A stretch of DNA of 64,000 nt, taken from positions 96,001 to 160,000 of the forward strand of contig JAJYUZ010000003.1 of the NCBI GenBank assembly GCA_021792255.1. The letters are read 5' to 3'. Within the stretch, counting starts at the first letter, position 1, and each line of letters opens with the position of its first letter. The notes beneath the pieces are model-generated. The model was not told the DNA's origin, ran no database searches, and saw nothing but the letters and a program-made list of their open reading frames with translations. The position numbers were made by a program, and so were the translations under genes. Source of the DNA: Thermoplasmata archaeon (GTDB lineage: Archaea > Thermoplasmatota > Thermoplasmata > Thermoplasmatales > GCA-001856825). Below, one piece after another: positions 39,232 to 49,883 of the stretch.

Positions 39232-40383
39232 TTAGTTCGAATCGAAACTTTCTTCGGTCGTTATCTTTATGCCTCTTTTCCCGAGTTCTGCAAAAAAAGG
39301 CTTAACAGGCACAATCTGCTCTGGTGGCTTCACTCCTTTTCCCTTTATCACTCCGCTCATTATCATCTGAGCAGCAATAGATCCTGGGACTCCCACCTCC
39401 TTCTGAGATGCTGAAACCTTCCACTTGTCGTCATATCTGAAGTACGCCCTTAGTTCCACCATCTTAGGTCTCCCTTCGTCTGTGCCTTTTGCCGTTACAA
39501 CTGTCATTTCAAAGTCCATGACTTGAATATTTTCTGGTGGAGAAAACATGTTTTGCGACTTCAGAAAATCAAACAGGAATTCCCTTGGAACAATCTCTGT
39601 CCCTCCAGCTTTGACCTTGTCCGTTCTACCAAACCCAATATCTGTGAGGAATTTGAGTTTCTCGATGTCCGCACTTCCCTCTTTCCACTCTACATACTTA
39701 ATCCCCTTTTCAGCAAAACTTGAGGGTAGTGTGGCTATCTCCGAATGAATGGATCTGAAAATCTTTGCCCTGCCTATTTCCCAGCCAAAATCGTATTCTT
39801 CACTGCTACTGAATGGATCTGACTCGACTACGCTTCCGTCAAAATGGACTGCCCTGAAGGTGAGCTCATCAAACAGAGTGCTTGGGGACCAGGTGAAAAA
39901 CAACTTTGGGTAGTTTGTCTTGTCAATCCAACCGTCGCGTATCACGATCTCGTCGACCTTGTCTAGCTTGCTGACGGCGAAACTTGCCATAATGTTTGAG
40001 ATTCCTGGCTGAGCCCCCATTCCGATAATTGCAAGCAAACCTGCATCCTTGAAATCCTGGTCCAGTGCTAGTTGCTCCAGGGTCACTCTAAAGAGCCCTC
40101 CGAAATCGATGTAGTTGGTTTTTGCTTCCAGCGCTGCCTTCATGATCTTGACGTTGTGATAATATTGAACCGCGTTTATGACCACATCAGCACCTCGAAT
40201 AGATCTTATCAGAGTATCCTTATCGTTGACGTCGAGTTTTACAAATTTGACCCTCGGATCTCCAAATTCCAGATTTTTCACACGATCGCCAATTATTATT
40301 TCATCAATTTTATTATTATCCATTAAATCTAATACCGCACACCTACCTGTCAGACCCATTCCACCTAGTACTACAGCCTTCAT
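39232..40383 (-). CDS. Saccharopine dehydrogenase-family oxidoreductase (lysine 6-dehydrogenase/carboxyspermidine dehydrogenase-like)
   Basis: GGMGLTG, YIDFGG, GMGAQPGISN, TWSP, HSEIATL, GVKPPEQ. Confidence 0.88.
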   Translation of the reverse strand: MKAVVLGGMGLTGRCAVLDLMDNNKIDEIIIGDRVKNLEFGDPRVKFVKLDVNDKDTLIRSIRGADVVINAVQYYHNVKIMKAALEAKTNYIDFGGLFRVTLEQLALDQDFKDAGLLAIIGMGAQPGISNIMASFAVSKLDKVDEIVIRDGWIDKTNYPKLFFTWSPSTLFDELTFRAVHFDGSVVESDPFSSSEEYDFGWEIGRAKIFRSIHSEIATLPSSFAEKGIKYVEWKEGSADIEKLKFLTDIGFGRTDKVKAGGTEIVPREFLFDFLKSQNMFSPPENIQVMDFEMTVVTAKGTDEGRPKMVELRAYFRYDDKWKVSASQKEVGVPGSIAAQMIMSGVIKGKGVKPPEQIVPVKPFFAELGKRGIKITTEESFDSN

Positions 40384-40539
40384 ATGGCTATATTGAAATA
40401 GATAAATATAAACATTGTCCTCATTTGTAAAAAAATTGTAAAAAATCGAATTATATTTAAACGATTTTTAGCAAAATATGCCTCTGAGAAAAAATAATAT
40501 ACCCTAGAAGAATATCAATCCATATATGGTTGTGAAATT

Positions 40540-41916
40540 ATGGAATCTGAGGAAGAAACTCATGAAGATATTTTAAGAGTTCCTGAGAGAGTAAAAAATT
40601 ATGAGACAAAGAGATCACTTAATCTCTTTAAAAAGACAAAAAAGTTGATTCCTACCGGGGCGAGCTCTCTTATGAGAACTAGCTCGTGGGACGATTATCC
40701 GATTTTCATGAACAAGGCGAAAGGGACAAGAATGTGGGACGTAGACGGCAACGAATACATCGATTTCTTAATGGCATTCGGTCCTTTGATTAATGGACAC
40801 TCAAACGAGAAGATCACCGCTGCTGTTAGGAAGTACATTAAGAATGGCGATTTGTACGGAACGCCAAACGAGCTGGAGTACAAATTAGCCAGAGAATTTA
40901 AGAAATTTGTCAAGACACAAGAAATGGTGACTTTTGCGCTGAGCGGATCTGATGCGACTTTTAATGCTCTCAGAATCGCCAGAGCTGCAACTGGAAAAGA
41001 CATGATACTAAAGTTTGAAGGACACTATCACGGGCTGCACGACTACGGAGCAGTCTCAGTGGAAGCACCACCCCCGGTCGCAGGACTGAAATGGTTTCCC
41101 AAGTCTTTGCCTTATTCGGCGGGCATTCCGCAAGGCGTCATGGACACAGTGGTAGTCTCATCTTGGAATGATCTTGAGAGCCTCTCTAAGATTTTAAGAA
41201 TAAGAGGAAATGAGATTGCCGCAATAATCATGGAGCCAATAATGGCTAACTCTACTCTGGTTTCCCCGGAACCGGGTTACCTGAAGGGGGTGAGGGAGCT
41301 AGCCGATGAGTACAACATTCTACTGATCTTCGATGAGGTGATAACTGGATTCAGAGTCAGTGAAGGGGGAGCGCAGAAACTCTATGGCGTGACTCCAGAT
41401 CTCTCATCCTGGGCTAAGGCTATCAGCAACGGATACCCTATTTCGGCCATCTCGGGAAAGAAGGAGTACATGGAGCTTATTGGAAACGGAGTGGGGTACG
41501 GGGGAACTTATTTCGGCACTCCAATATCACTTGCGGCAAGCATTGCAAATCTAAAAATCCTGGAAACTAACGAGTTTGAAGGGTACAGTCACCTGGGTAG
41601 ACTTACTAGGAAAATGGCAAGAGGAATTGAAGAAACTGCTGATGACCTTGACGAACCAGTCTTCGTTAATTACGAGACAGGATTATTGACCTTCGTGTTT
41701 ACGGAGCAAAAACGGATAACCAATTACAGGGAAAGCATCATCATGGACTGGAACAAATACAAGGGAGTTCAGAAGAAAATGCTCCAGAAGGGAATCTATT
41801 ACCATCCGGATGGAGCTGAAAGAATGCCTCTCTCTATGGTCCATACGGAAGCCGATGTGGACGCATTCCTGAGTGCTCTGAGAGACTCAATTAAGGAATA
41901 TAATCGCGAGAACTGA
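40540..41916 (+). CDS. Class III aminotransferase, GSA-aminomutase-like paralog
   Basis: DVDGNEYIDF..AFGP, SGSDAT..ALRIARAATG, KFEGHYHG.HD, FDEVITGFR, AKAISNG, GTY.G.P. Confidence 0.9.
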   Translation: MESEEETHEDILRVPERVKNYETKRSLNLFKKTKKLIPTGASSLMRTSSWDDYPIFMNKAKGTRMWDVDGNEYIDFLMAFGPLINGHSNEKITAAVRKYIKNGDLYGTPNELEYKLAREFKKFVKTQEMVTFALSGSDATFNALRIARAATGKDMILKFEGHYHGLHDYGAVSVEAPPPVAGLKWFPKSLPYSAGIPQGVMDTVVVSSWNDLESLSKILRIRGNEIAAIIMEPIMANSTLVSPEPGYLKGVRELADEYNILLIFDEVITGFRVSEGGAQKLYGVTPDLSSWAKAISNGYPISAISGKKEYMELIGNGVGYGGTYFGTPISLAASIANLKILETNEFEGYSHLGRLTRKMARGIEETADDLDEPVFVNYETGLLTFVFTEQKRITNYRESIIMDWNKYKGVQKKMLQKGIYYHPDGAERMPLSMVHTEADVDAFLSALRDSIKEYNREN

Positions 41917-42188
41917 TTAGGTGACTTAAGGAAAAATTGATGCACAGACCCAGAGTGTCTAGAGACTTTGATTGGTCGACCATGTTACTCTCAACTCGGG
42001 ATAGGATTTCACACCCTTAGAAGGAATCGGACGACCAATGGAATAAGTACTGGTTTCTTGGGCGCTATGAGGATACAGGGAAATGTTACGCTGGAGAGAT
42101 TAGTATGAATTTCACCTTTTGAACCTTAGTTTAATATAAATTTCTATTCTTTAGAAAGAATTGAATAGTTCGTATAGTTACTCTGACT

Positions 42189-43547
42189 ATGGTTGAGAAA
42201 TATTCCGACCGTTTAAAAGAAACTGCCAAAATTTGCACAAATTTAACATATGGTACTTGGAGGAAACAAGACGGTTGGTCTCCCCTCACCATCGAGAGTG
42301 CAGACGGATCGTATTTTACTGATAATTCCAGAAAGAGATATCTCGATTTTTCGTCGCAGTTGATGTGCTCAAATTTGGGTCACGGCAACAAGAATATCAG
42401 AGAGGCGATCTCTGCCCAGTTGGACAAATTCGAATACGTTCAACCCGGGTATGCAACCGAGGTTAGGGCAAGGGTTGCATTGCTCTTAAGGGAAGTGTTG
42501 CCTTCGTCTCTTACAAAATACTTTTTCGGTTCTTCTGGTACCGAAGCCAATGAGGCCGCTATAAAGACTGTCAGAATGTTCTTTCAGAGGGAGAGGAAGA
42601 CCAAGATAATTTCTAACTACAATTCCTATCACGGATCCACGTCAGGGAGCATAAGCCTGACGGGAGATTTCAGGAGAACTCCTGTCGACACGTACTATTC
42701 AATTTCTGGAGTTGTCCATTCCATACCTCCCTACTGCTATAGGTGTCCGCTAAAACTCAAGTTCCCTGAATGCGACTTGGCTTGCGCTGACTACAACCAT
42801 TATTTGGTGAAAAACGAAGGCAACATAGGAGGAATGATCGTTGAACCGGTCACGGGAACAAATGGAGTAATCGTCCCTCCCGATGGCTACCTCCAGAGGA
42901 TAAGGGAAATTACGAAGGAAAATGACGTTCTCCTAATTGCAGACGAAGTCATGAGTGGCTGGGGTCGAACGGGGGAGTGGTTTGCGGTAGATCACTGGGG
43001 GGTGAAGCCTGACATTCTTACAACTGCAAAGGGCATAACCGGGGCCTATCTTCCGTTGTCGCTCATGGCCACAAATAAGAGAATCGCTGACTACTTTGAC
43101 GAAAACTATTTTGCCCACGGTCACACCTACGAAGCCCATCCGGTTGCACTTGCAGCTGCTAACGCCGCAATAAAAGAGTACAAAGAAATGAATCTGATAG
43201 TAAGATCGAGAGAGATGGGAAAGAAGCTAGGCAAGAGGCTGGAGGAGATCAAGGAAAGACATAAGTCTGTAGGTGATGTTAGAAGCATAGGTCTGTTTGG
43301 AGCAGTTGAGTTAGTCAAAGATAGGAATAAGAAAACTCCTTTCAACGTGTACGAAGAAAAGTTGGAAGGAAAGACCCTAATGACTGACAGAGTTTCAAGA
43401 AAAGCAATGGAGCAGGGAGTCTATATAAATAACTGGTTAAATCACTTCGTGCTCGCTCCTCCTCTGGTGATAACTGAAGAAGAGCTTTCAAAGGGGCTCG
43501 ATACTCTTGACGCATGCTTGGAAATTTCTGACAGGGAGGTTGAATAG
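42189..43547 (+). CDS. Class III omega-aminotransferase (beta-alanine/taurine-pyruvate-like)
   Basis: YLDFSSQLM, SYHGST, DEVMSGWGRTG, AKGITGAYLP, HGHTY.AHP. Confidence 0.9.
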   Translation: MVEKYSDRLKETAKICTNLTYGTWRKQDGWSPLTIESADGSYFTDNSRKRYLDFSSQLMCSNLGHGNKNIREAISAQLDKFEYVQPGYATEVRARVALLLREVLPSSLTKYFFGSSGTEANEAAIKTVRMFFQRERKTKIISNYNSYHGSTSGSISLTGDFRRTPVDTYYSISGVVHSIPPYCYRCPLKLKFPECDLACADYNHYLVKNEGNIGGMIVEPVTGTNGVIVPPDGYLQRIREITKENDVLLIADEVMSGWGRTGEWFAVDHWGVKPDILTTAKGITGAYLPLSLMATNKRIADYFDENYFAHGHTYEAHPVALAAANAAIKEYKEMNLIVRSREMGKKLGKRLEEIKERHKSVGDVRSIGLFGAVELVKDRNKKTPFNVYEEKLEGKTLMTDRVSRKAMEQGVYINNWLNHFVLAPPLVITEEELSKGLDTLDACLEISDREVE

Positions 43548-44996
43548 ATGAGAACCATAAAGAATTACGTAAACTCAAAATTCGAGGACGGCGAAGGACA
43601 GGAGATGTACGAAGTGTTCAACCCAGCTTTCGGGAAAAGGATCGCGTACGTCAGAGAGGGAAAGAGAGAAGAGACAAACAGGGCGATTGATGAAGCTCAC
43701 GATGCACAGACAAAGTGGCAGCAAGTTCCAGTATCTGACCGTATAAAATTTCTCTTCAGACTTGAGAACCTAATGTGGAACAGGTTGGATCAGATAGCTG
43801 AGGTCACGACAAATGAACACGGGAAGACATTTGAGGAGTCCAAAGGAGATGTGGTGAGAGCAATTCAGAATGTTGAGTCTGCCGCAGCGGCGAGTTATCA
43901 GCTAATGGGAAGGAACAACAGACAGATCGCTTCTGGAATTGATGAGGAACTCGTTAGGGTCCCGCTAGGCGTGTGTGCAGTGATCTCTCCCTTCAATTTT
44001 CCGGTTATGATTCCATTCTGGTTTTTTCCGTATGCAGTAACTTTGGGGAATACCGTCGTTATCAAGCCATCTGAAAAGACTCCAATGAGCATGGAAATGA
44101 TAATGGACCTGGTCAAAGACTCGGGCTACCCTGACGGAGTCATACAACTCATAAACGGAGGGAAGGAAGTTGTGGACTACATTCTCGAGAATAAGAAAAT
44201 AGCGGGAGTGAGTTTTGTCGGATCCACTCCCGTCGCAGAGTACGTCTACAAGAAGGGAACCTCAAACAGGAAGAGAGTTCAAGGAGGAGCATCCGCAAAA
44301 AACTACATTCTCGTAATGCCTGATGCTGATCTCGATGGAAGCATAGATAACATGATTGGATCCTTCTACGGTAATGCCGGGGAAAGGTGCCTCGCTGGGT
44401 CAGTACTTGTGACGTTCCCAGAAAATCATGACAGGGTCTTAGACGCATTCAAGAGAAGGGCAAAGGAACTGAAGCTGGGATACGGAATGGAAAAAACGAC
44501 AGACATGGGTCCTCTAATAAGAAGGGATCATATGGAAAGGGTTGAAAGGTACATTGATGCGGGACGCAATGAAGGGGGGAAAATCGTGCTCGATGGAAGA
44601 GACTCTAGGTGCAGCGAGTACCCAGAAGGTTTCTTCCTAGGACCATCAATCATAGACAATGTGGCGGAAGGAATGACTGTAATGAACGAAGAGATATTTG
44701 GACCGGTTGCATCAGTCCATACTTCTGATTCATTTGAACACGCTCTTGAAGTAATAAACAAAAGCAGATATGGGAATGCATCCTCGATCTATACGACCTC
44801 TGGTAAAAGCGCAAAGAGATTCTCAGAAAGGATAGAGGCAGGTAACATAGGTGTGAATGTGGGAGTAGCTGCTCCCATAGCATTCTATCCGTTCTCTGGA
44901 ATGAAAGACTCATTCTTTGGTGACCTGCACCCACAGGGTGGGGACGATGGTATCTCGTTTTTCACTGAGAGAAAGGTGATTATCTCAAAGTGGTAA
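43548..44996 (+). CDS. mmsA: CoA-acylating (methyl)malonate-semialdehyde dehydrogenase
   Basis: PFNFPVMIP.W, FVGSTPVA, AKNY.LVMPDA, GERCLA, GVNVGVAAP, SFFGDLH. Confidence 0.92.
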   Translation: MRTIKNYVNSKFEDGEGQEMYEVFNPAFGKRIAYVREGKREETNRAIDEAHDAQTKWQQVPVSDRIKFLFRLENLMWNRLDQIAEVTTNEHGKTFEESKGDVVRAIQNVESAAAASYQLMGRNNRQIASGIDEELVRVPLGVCAVISPFNFPVMIPFWFFPYAVTLGNTVVIKPSEKTPMSMEMIMDLVKDSGYPDGVIQLINGGKEVVDYILENKKIAGVSFVGSTPVAEYVYKKGTSNRKRVQGGASAKNYILVMPDADLDGSIDNMIGSFYGNAGERCLAGSVLVTFPENHDRVLDAFKRRAKELKLGYGMEKTTDMGPLIRRDHMERVERYIDAGRNEGGKIVLDGRDSRCSEYPEGFFLGPSIIDNVAEGMTVMNEEIFGPVASVHTSDSFEHALEVINKSRYGNASSIYTTSGKSAKRFSERIEAGNIGVNVGVAAPIAFYPFSGMKDSFFGDLHPQGGDDGISFFTERKVIISKW

Positions 44997-45128
44997 AACA
45001 GTATTACCTCTAAATTTCTAATTTTATCTCATTATCTCTGGAAAATTTAGCAAAAATGCATCAAATTTTGAGAATAATAGACGGCAAACTTTAAATTAGG
45101 TGATTGTTTGTAATGGTTGACGGTTAAG

Positions 45129-47012
45129 ATGAAGCGTTCTGTTATAACAATAATTGTGGTGGTAGTGGTATTAATCGTAATTGTTTCCTCATTAGGAGTC
45201 TATGAAATAAATCAAAAGAAATCTAGCACTCCGGACACACTGGTCGTCGAGGAGCCACAACCCTATGACAGTCTCGATCCTGCAGTGACTTTTGCTACGC
45301 CTGGGTGGGAAATAATGAATCAAGTCTATCAGGGATTGGTGGCACCGAATGGAACAAGCGAAACATCTTTTGTCCCAGTACTGGCACAAAACTGGTCGGT
45401 CTCTTCTGATGGAATGAGCTATACTTTCTTCCTCAGACATAACGTCACATTTTCGAATGGAGATCCCTTCAATGCGTACGTAATGTGGTTCTCTCTTTAC
45501 AGGAACATGATGGTGAATCAAGCCCCCGAATTCATTCTTGGACAGAACATGGCCACGAACAATACCGCGACTAATGACACGTTCAATATAACAACCTCAT
45601 TTCTGAATGACACTAATTACACGAGCCCTAGTCCTTCTTCGCTCAGCGTAATGAACAATCCAAATCAGTCAGTGCAAGTCATAAATGCCTATGAACTGAA
45701 AATAAACATGGGTTGGGGATACAACGGTTACCTTCCATACAATCAGTTCCTCATGACGCTTACTACTCCTATGGCAGCAGCGGTCGACCCTATCGTAGTA
45801 CATAATCACGGAGGAGTGGTGGCAGGACAGCCCAATTCCTATATGGCAGCCAACGCGAACGGAACTGGATTTTATATGATAAGATCTATTACTCCGGAAC
45901 AAAGTGTTACACTAGAGATAAACCCTAATTACTGGGGAGATAAGCTTCCTTCAAACCAGCTCAATGATGCTATCAGTCCTCCTCACATTAAATACATAGT
46001 GATAGAATACAAGCAGACATCCGCCATGATTTCTGATCTCAAGGGTGGCAAGGCTCAAATAGTCCAGCTCCCAGTCACGGATTATGCGAGTGCACAATCA
46101 ATTTCAGGAGTTAACGCGAGTCTCCTTCCCATCAAATTTGGTTCATCTGAAAATGCGTACTACGTATTCATGGATCAGAACGTAGCGCCATTTAATGGAT
46201 CCTCGGGCATCTACGTCAGAGCGGCCGTAACATACGCACTGAACTATACTGGGTTGATAAATTCCGTTTTCGGTGGCAGGGCCGTTCAATGGATTGGACC
46301 TGTGCCACCGGGATTTGAATACTACAACCGGTCGTTCTCGAGTTTGACACCGTCAGAACTCCAGTACATGCAGTCTCAGGGGTACACTTCTAATGTCACT
46401 TCTCTGAGTCCTTACCAGTACAATGCCTCTCTTGCTGCGGAATATCTCCATATGGCTGGATATCGCGCCGTTTTCCCTAACGGAACCGTACAACAGGGTC
46501 CAAATGGTAGTCTACCATCCATCAACTTCCTTTACGATTCTGAAGACCCATCGCAAGTCTTAGCTTCTCAAATTATCGTGCAATATCTCGGAGCAATAGG
46601 TATCAACGTCACCCTGAAACCACTCACAAGCACACCTTACACATCGTGGATTTACGGAATTCTTGGGAACACGTCAGACTATCCTATGGGTATCAACTTT
46701 TACACCGAAGACTATTCTGCAGCAATAGATTACGTTACAAATCTTGCAGCCGGTTACTACAACGGGACGGGTTACTGGAACAACACTGTTTTCAACTGGA
46801 CAGTAAATGCCAGTACATCCTTTAACGATAACATAGTCGCACAGAACTTAACGTACATAACTTACGCAATGTATACCAACTACACCATGGCGTGGCTCTA
46901 CGTACCATATTTCCTCCAGGTTCATACCACAGACGTCACGGGAATGATCCCCAATACCGCAGGATCTGGAGCGGGTTACTTTATGTACTATAACACTGTG
47001 CAGTTCACATAA
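45129..47012 (+). CDS. ABC transporter substrate-binding protein, family 5 (OppA/DppA-like)
   Basis: N-terminal hydrophobic anchor, SLDPA, LAQNWSVS.DG..YTF.LR.NV.FSNG.PF, NPNYWG, VRAA..YA.N. Confidence 0.9.
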   Translation: MKRSVITIIVVVVVLIVIVSSLGVYEINQKKSSTPDTLVVEEPQPYDSLDPAVTFATPGWEIMNQVYQGLVAPNGTSETSFVPVLAQNWSVSSDGMSYTFFLRHNVTFSNGDPFNAYVMWFSLYRNMMVNQAPEFILGQNMATNNTATNDTFNITTSFLNDTNYTSPSPSSLSVMNNPNQSVQVINAYELKINMGWGYNGYLPYNQFLMTLTTPMAAAVDPIVVHNHGGVVAGQPNSYMAANANGTGFYMIRSITPEQSVTLEINPNYWGDKLPSNQLNDAISPPHIKYIVIEYKQTSAMISDLKGGKAQIVQLPVTDYASAQSISGVNASLLPIKFGSSENAYYVFMDQNVAPFNGSSGIYVRAAVTYALNYTGLINSVFGGRAVQWIGPVPPGFEYYNRSFSSLTPSELQYMQSQGYTSNVTSLSPYQYNASLAAEYLHMAGYRAVFPNGTVQQGPNGSLPSINFLYDSEDPSQVLASQIIVQYLGAIGINVTLKPLTSTPYTSWIYGILGNTSDYPMGINFYTEDYSAAIDYVTNLAAGYYNGTGYWNNTVFNWTVNASTSFNDNIVAQNLTYITYAMYTNYTMAWLYVPYFLQVHTTDVTGMIPNTAGSGAGYFMYYNTVQFT

Positions 47013-47021
47013 GGTGATCCA

Positions 47022-48056
47022 TTGGAGGGGAAACAGGAACTGGCGTACTTCATCCTCAGAAGAATTGGTCTGTCAGTACTCGTCATACTGGGGACAATTG
47101 TTATAATTTTTTTAATTTCTCATTATCTTAGCAAGGATCCTGCAGCTCTATGGGCAGGTCCAAAAGCTAGACCATCAACTATAGCAGCCGTCATCAGGAG
47201 GTACGACCTCAACAAGCCAATCTGGTTCCAGTTATCTCTATTCATAAAGGATTTCTTTACCGGGAACTTTGGTACCGATCCCGTCACCGGCCTCTCGATA
47301 AGCAATGAAATATTCTACTACTTCCCAAACACGCTTGAGCTGATCCTCACATCTCTTGTGATAATAGTTTTAACCGGAGTCGGTCTGGGATATATTTCCG
47401 CAATCAACTTCGGATCAAAGAAGGATGCGTTCATAAGAATTCTCTATACTGCTGCGTGGGCTTCTCCAACTTTTCTCGTTAGTATTCTTGCGATAATTTT
47501 GTTCACCTCATACATACCCCTATTCCCCTCCAGCGGGATGTATTCCGCGATCATTATTCCGCCACATCGCATTACAGGACTGTTCATACTGGACTCTCTC
47601 ATCTCTCTGAATTTCGGAGACTTTACGGACGGAATATATCACATCATTCTTCCAGCCCTATCGCTTGCGTTCCTCAATTTCGGCATAATCACGAGAATAA
47701 GCAGAAATGGAATTCTTGGAGTCAAATGGCTTCCCTACGTAAAATCTGCGAGAGCGAGAGGGCTCGATAATAGGAGTGTTAACAGGAGGCATATACTCAG
47801 AAATGGACTTGTTGAGAGTAATACCGTTATTGCAGTAATGTTTGGCTGGTTAATCACTGGCGATGTCATTGTTGAAGAAATCTTTGGCTGGCCGGGAATA
47901 GGCAGATTCGCCTATACTACTATCGCAAACGATGATTATCCCGCACTGATATTCATAGTGATTGTTTTTACAATTCTGGTCATCGTAGCCAATCTTGTCG
48001 CGGATATAATGTACGCAGCACTCGATCCAAGAATAAGGTTGGGTGGTGAGGATTGA
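47022..48056 (+). CDS. ABC permease (OppB/DppB-like)
   Basis: PNTLEL, HIILPA, YVKSARARGL (EAA-like), VEEIFGWPGIG, LDPRIR. Confidence 0.93.
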   Translation: MEGKQELAYFILRRIGLSVLVILGTIVIIFLISHYLSKDPAALWAGPKARPSTIAAVIRRYDLNKPIWFQLSLFIKDFFTGNFGTDPVTGLSISNEIFYYFPNTLELILTSLVIIVLTGVGLGYISAINFGSKKDAFIRILYTAAWASPTFLVSILAIILFTSYIPLFPSSGMYSAIIIPPHRITGLFILDSLISLNFGDFTDGIYHIILPALSLAFLNFGIITRISRNGILGVKWLPYVKSARARGLDNRSVNRRHILRNGLVESNTVIAVMFGWLITGDVIVEEIFGWPGIGRFAYTTIANDDYPALIFIVIVFTILVIVANLVADIMYAALDPRIRLGGED

Positions 48057-48979
48057 AGCCCGTTCTGAAGAGGCCTCTAGAGATCGTGATGAGCAACAGA
48101 CTATCTGGAAGCGGTTTCATAATTATTGCGGTGTTTGTGCTAATAGGTTTGGCGTACGTCATTTTTGGAAATCATTTGGTTCCGTACAATCCGCTTAAAA
48201 TCAACCTCTCTGACGTCAATGCTCCTCCAACTTTCTCTCACGTCTTTGGAACCGATCAACTGGGGAGAGACATATTCTCCAGAGTGGTCGCCGCCATCCC
48301 GATAGACATAGGGCTATCGATTTTCATTGTCGCTGTTTCTGCCCTCGTCGGTCTATTCTTGGGTACTTTTGCGGGCTATTTCAGAGGGATAGTGGAGGAG
48401 GTGATAATGCGCCTGACGGACTTGTTCTTTGCCTTTCCACCTCTTGTCATGTCTATGGCCATTGCTGCTACTCTTGGGCCGAGCCTTATCAATGCAGCCT
48501 TCTCAATCATATTCGTGTGGTGGCCTCCGTACGTGAGACTGGTGAGAGGGAGCACACTCCAAGTCTCAGCGAGCGACTTCATAACAATGTCTAAAGTCCT
48601 CAATACAAGATTTTTCAAGATAATGTTCAAGGGCATTCTCCCAAACATTATGACAACACTCGTCGTCTACGCTACGATGGATATAGGAACTGCAATGCTG
48701 ACCCTTTCATCTCTGGGATTCTTAGGAATTGGGATACCGGTATATCAGCCCGAGCTTGGCCTAATGTCATCAATACTAACCACTAACCTGTATACGGATC
48801 CGTTAGAAGGGCTAATACCTGCGTTATTCCTGTTCATCATAGTGATGGGATTCAGTCTTATGGGAGAGGGACTGGCAGAAATAATTGACCCGAACATCAG
48901 GTCTCATCTGTTCTCTAGAAGAAGAAGATTGGAAGAAATCAAAAAGGCAAGTGAAAAGAAGGCTAAGGTAGCCGACTGA
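48053..48979 (+). CDS. ABC permease (OppC/DppC-like)
   Basis: FGTDQLGRDIFSR, MRLTD, WPPYVRLVRG, LGFLGIG. Confidence 0.93.
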   Translation: MKPVLKRPLEIVMSNRLSGSGFIIIAVFVLIGLAYVIFGNHLVPYNPLKINLSDVNAPPTFSHVFGTDQLGRDIFSRVVAAIPIDIGLSIFIVAVSALVGLFLGTFAGYFRGIVEEVIMRLTDLFFAFPPLVMSMAIAATLGPSLINAAFSIIFVWWPPYVRLVRGSTLQVSASDFITMSKVLNTRFFKIMFKGILPNIMTTLVVYATMDIGTAMLTLSSLGFLGIGIPVYQPELGLMSSILTTNLYTDPLEGLIPALFLFIIVMGFSLMGEGLAEIIDPNIRSHLFSRRRRLEEIKKASEKKAKVAD

Positions 48980-48988
48980 TCATCTCTT

Positions 48989-49780
48989 TTACTTGTCAGA
49001 ATTTTTCTTGGATCTGAATGAGGGGATAGGTACGAAGATGAGAGCAATGATCACAATGATTAGTATGACCATTATCTCATTGCTGGCTTGTGGAATGTAT
49101 TCTGTCTGTCCCGTAACCCAAAGCTTGAGGACCCCAAACACTGGCAGATAGCCAACAGCATATCCGACTACCTGAGTTGTATTCACCAGACTACCGTAGT
49201 CAATGCCGGTATCCTGGTCTGCGGCAATGGTGTAATTTCCGTCAACTCCTCCAATTCTGTTGGCGAAATTGTTATCTCCCATAGTCACGAATCCTTCCTG
49301 CCCGATCACGTTCTGTAGTTTTACTTCCAGATTTTGGTGAGTGTAACCCACGTCCGTGATGTAGACGTTTGACCCCTGAATCGAGAGCCAGGATGGATTG
49401 TTGTTTCCATAGAGAATGGGAGTTGTTCCAGACCAGCCTTCTACGTAAAAGATGGCCCTGTGAATTACTAGCTCCCTAAGAACGTAATTCTTGTAAACGA
49501 TTACGTTACCGAACTCGCCGTAATTTGATGGAAACCCTCTTTCTCTCGCTAGCAGATACGTCTGCACATCAGTGAACGAACTGACTTTCTTGACCGCTAC
49601 GATATCTCCCGTATTGATCACGCCAAACACGAAATTGTTTCCATGTTGCATCGAACTTGATTCAACGATAACTGCAGGAGGCCAGTTTCCAGTGTAGATG
49701 AAGAGGGATGAGAATACTATAGCCAGTACTGCCAGCATCGTAATTATGCTAATTGTTTCCTTCTTGTACTTAAGGATCAC
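48989..49780 (-). CDS. Archaeal signal peptidase I (S26, Sec11-type)
   Basis: VESSSMQH (Ser), VIHRA (His), TMGDNN. Confidence 0.88.
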   Translation of the reverse strand: MILKYKKETISIITMLAVLAIVFSSLFIYTGNWPPAVIVESSSMQHGNNFVFGVINTGDIVAVKKVSSFTDVQTYLLARERGFPSNYGEFGNVIVYKNYVLRELVIHRAIFYVEGWSGTTPILYGNNNPSWLSIQGSNVYITDVGYTHQNLEVKLQNVIGQEGFVTMGDNNFANRIGGVDGNYTIAADQDTGIDYGSLVNTTQVVGYAVGYLPVFGVLKLWVTGQTEYIPQASNEIMVILIIVIIALIFVPIPSFRSKKNSDK

Positions 49781-49883
49781 CGCGGGTTTAGATGATTATC
49801 AATTAAAGTATTTGCTGTCGAGTCTAAGTGGAAAAAATTTATAGACACAATGTTTTATTAATCAGAACTATTTAACTGCTGAA

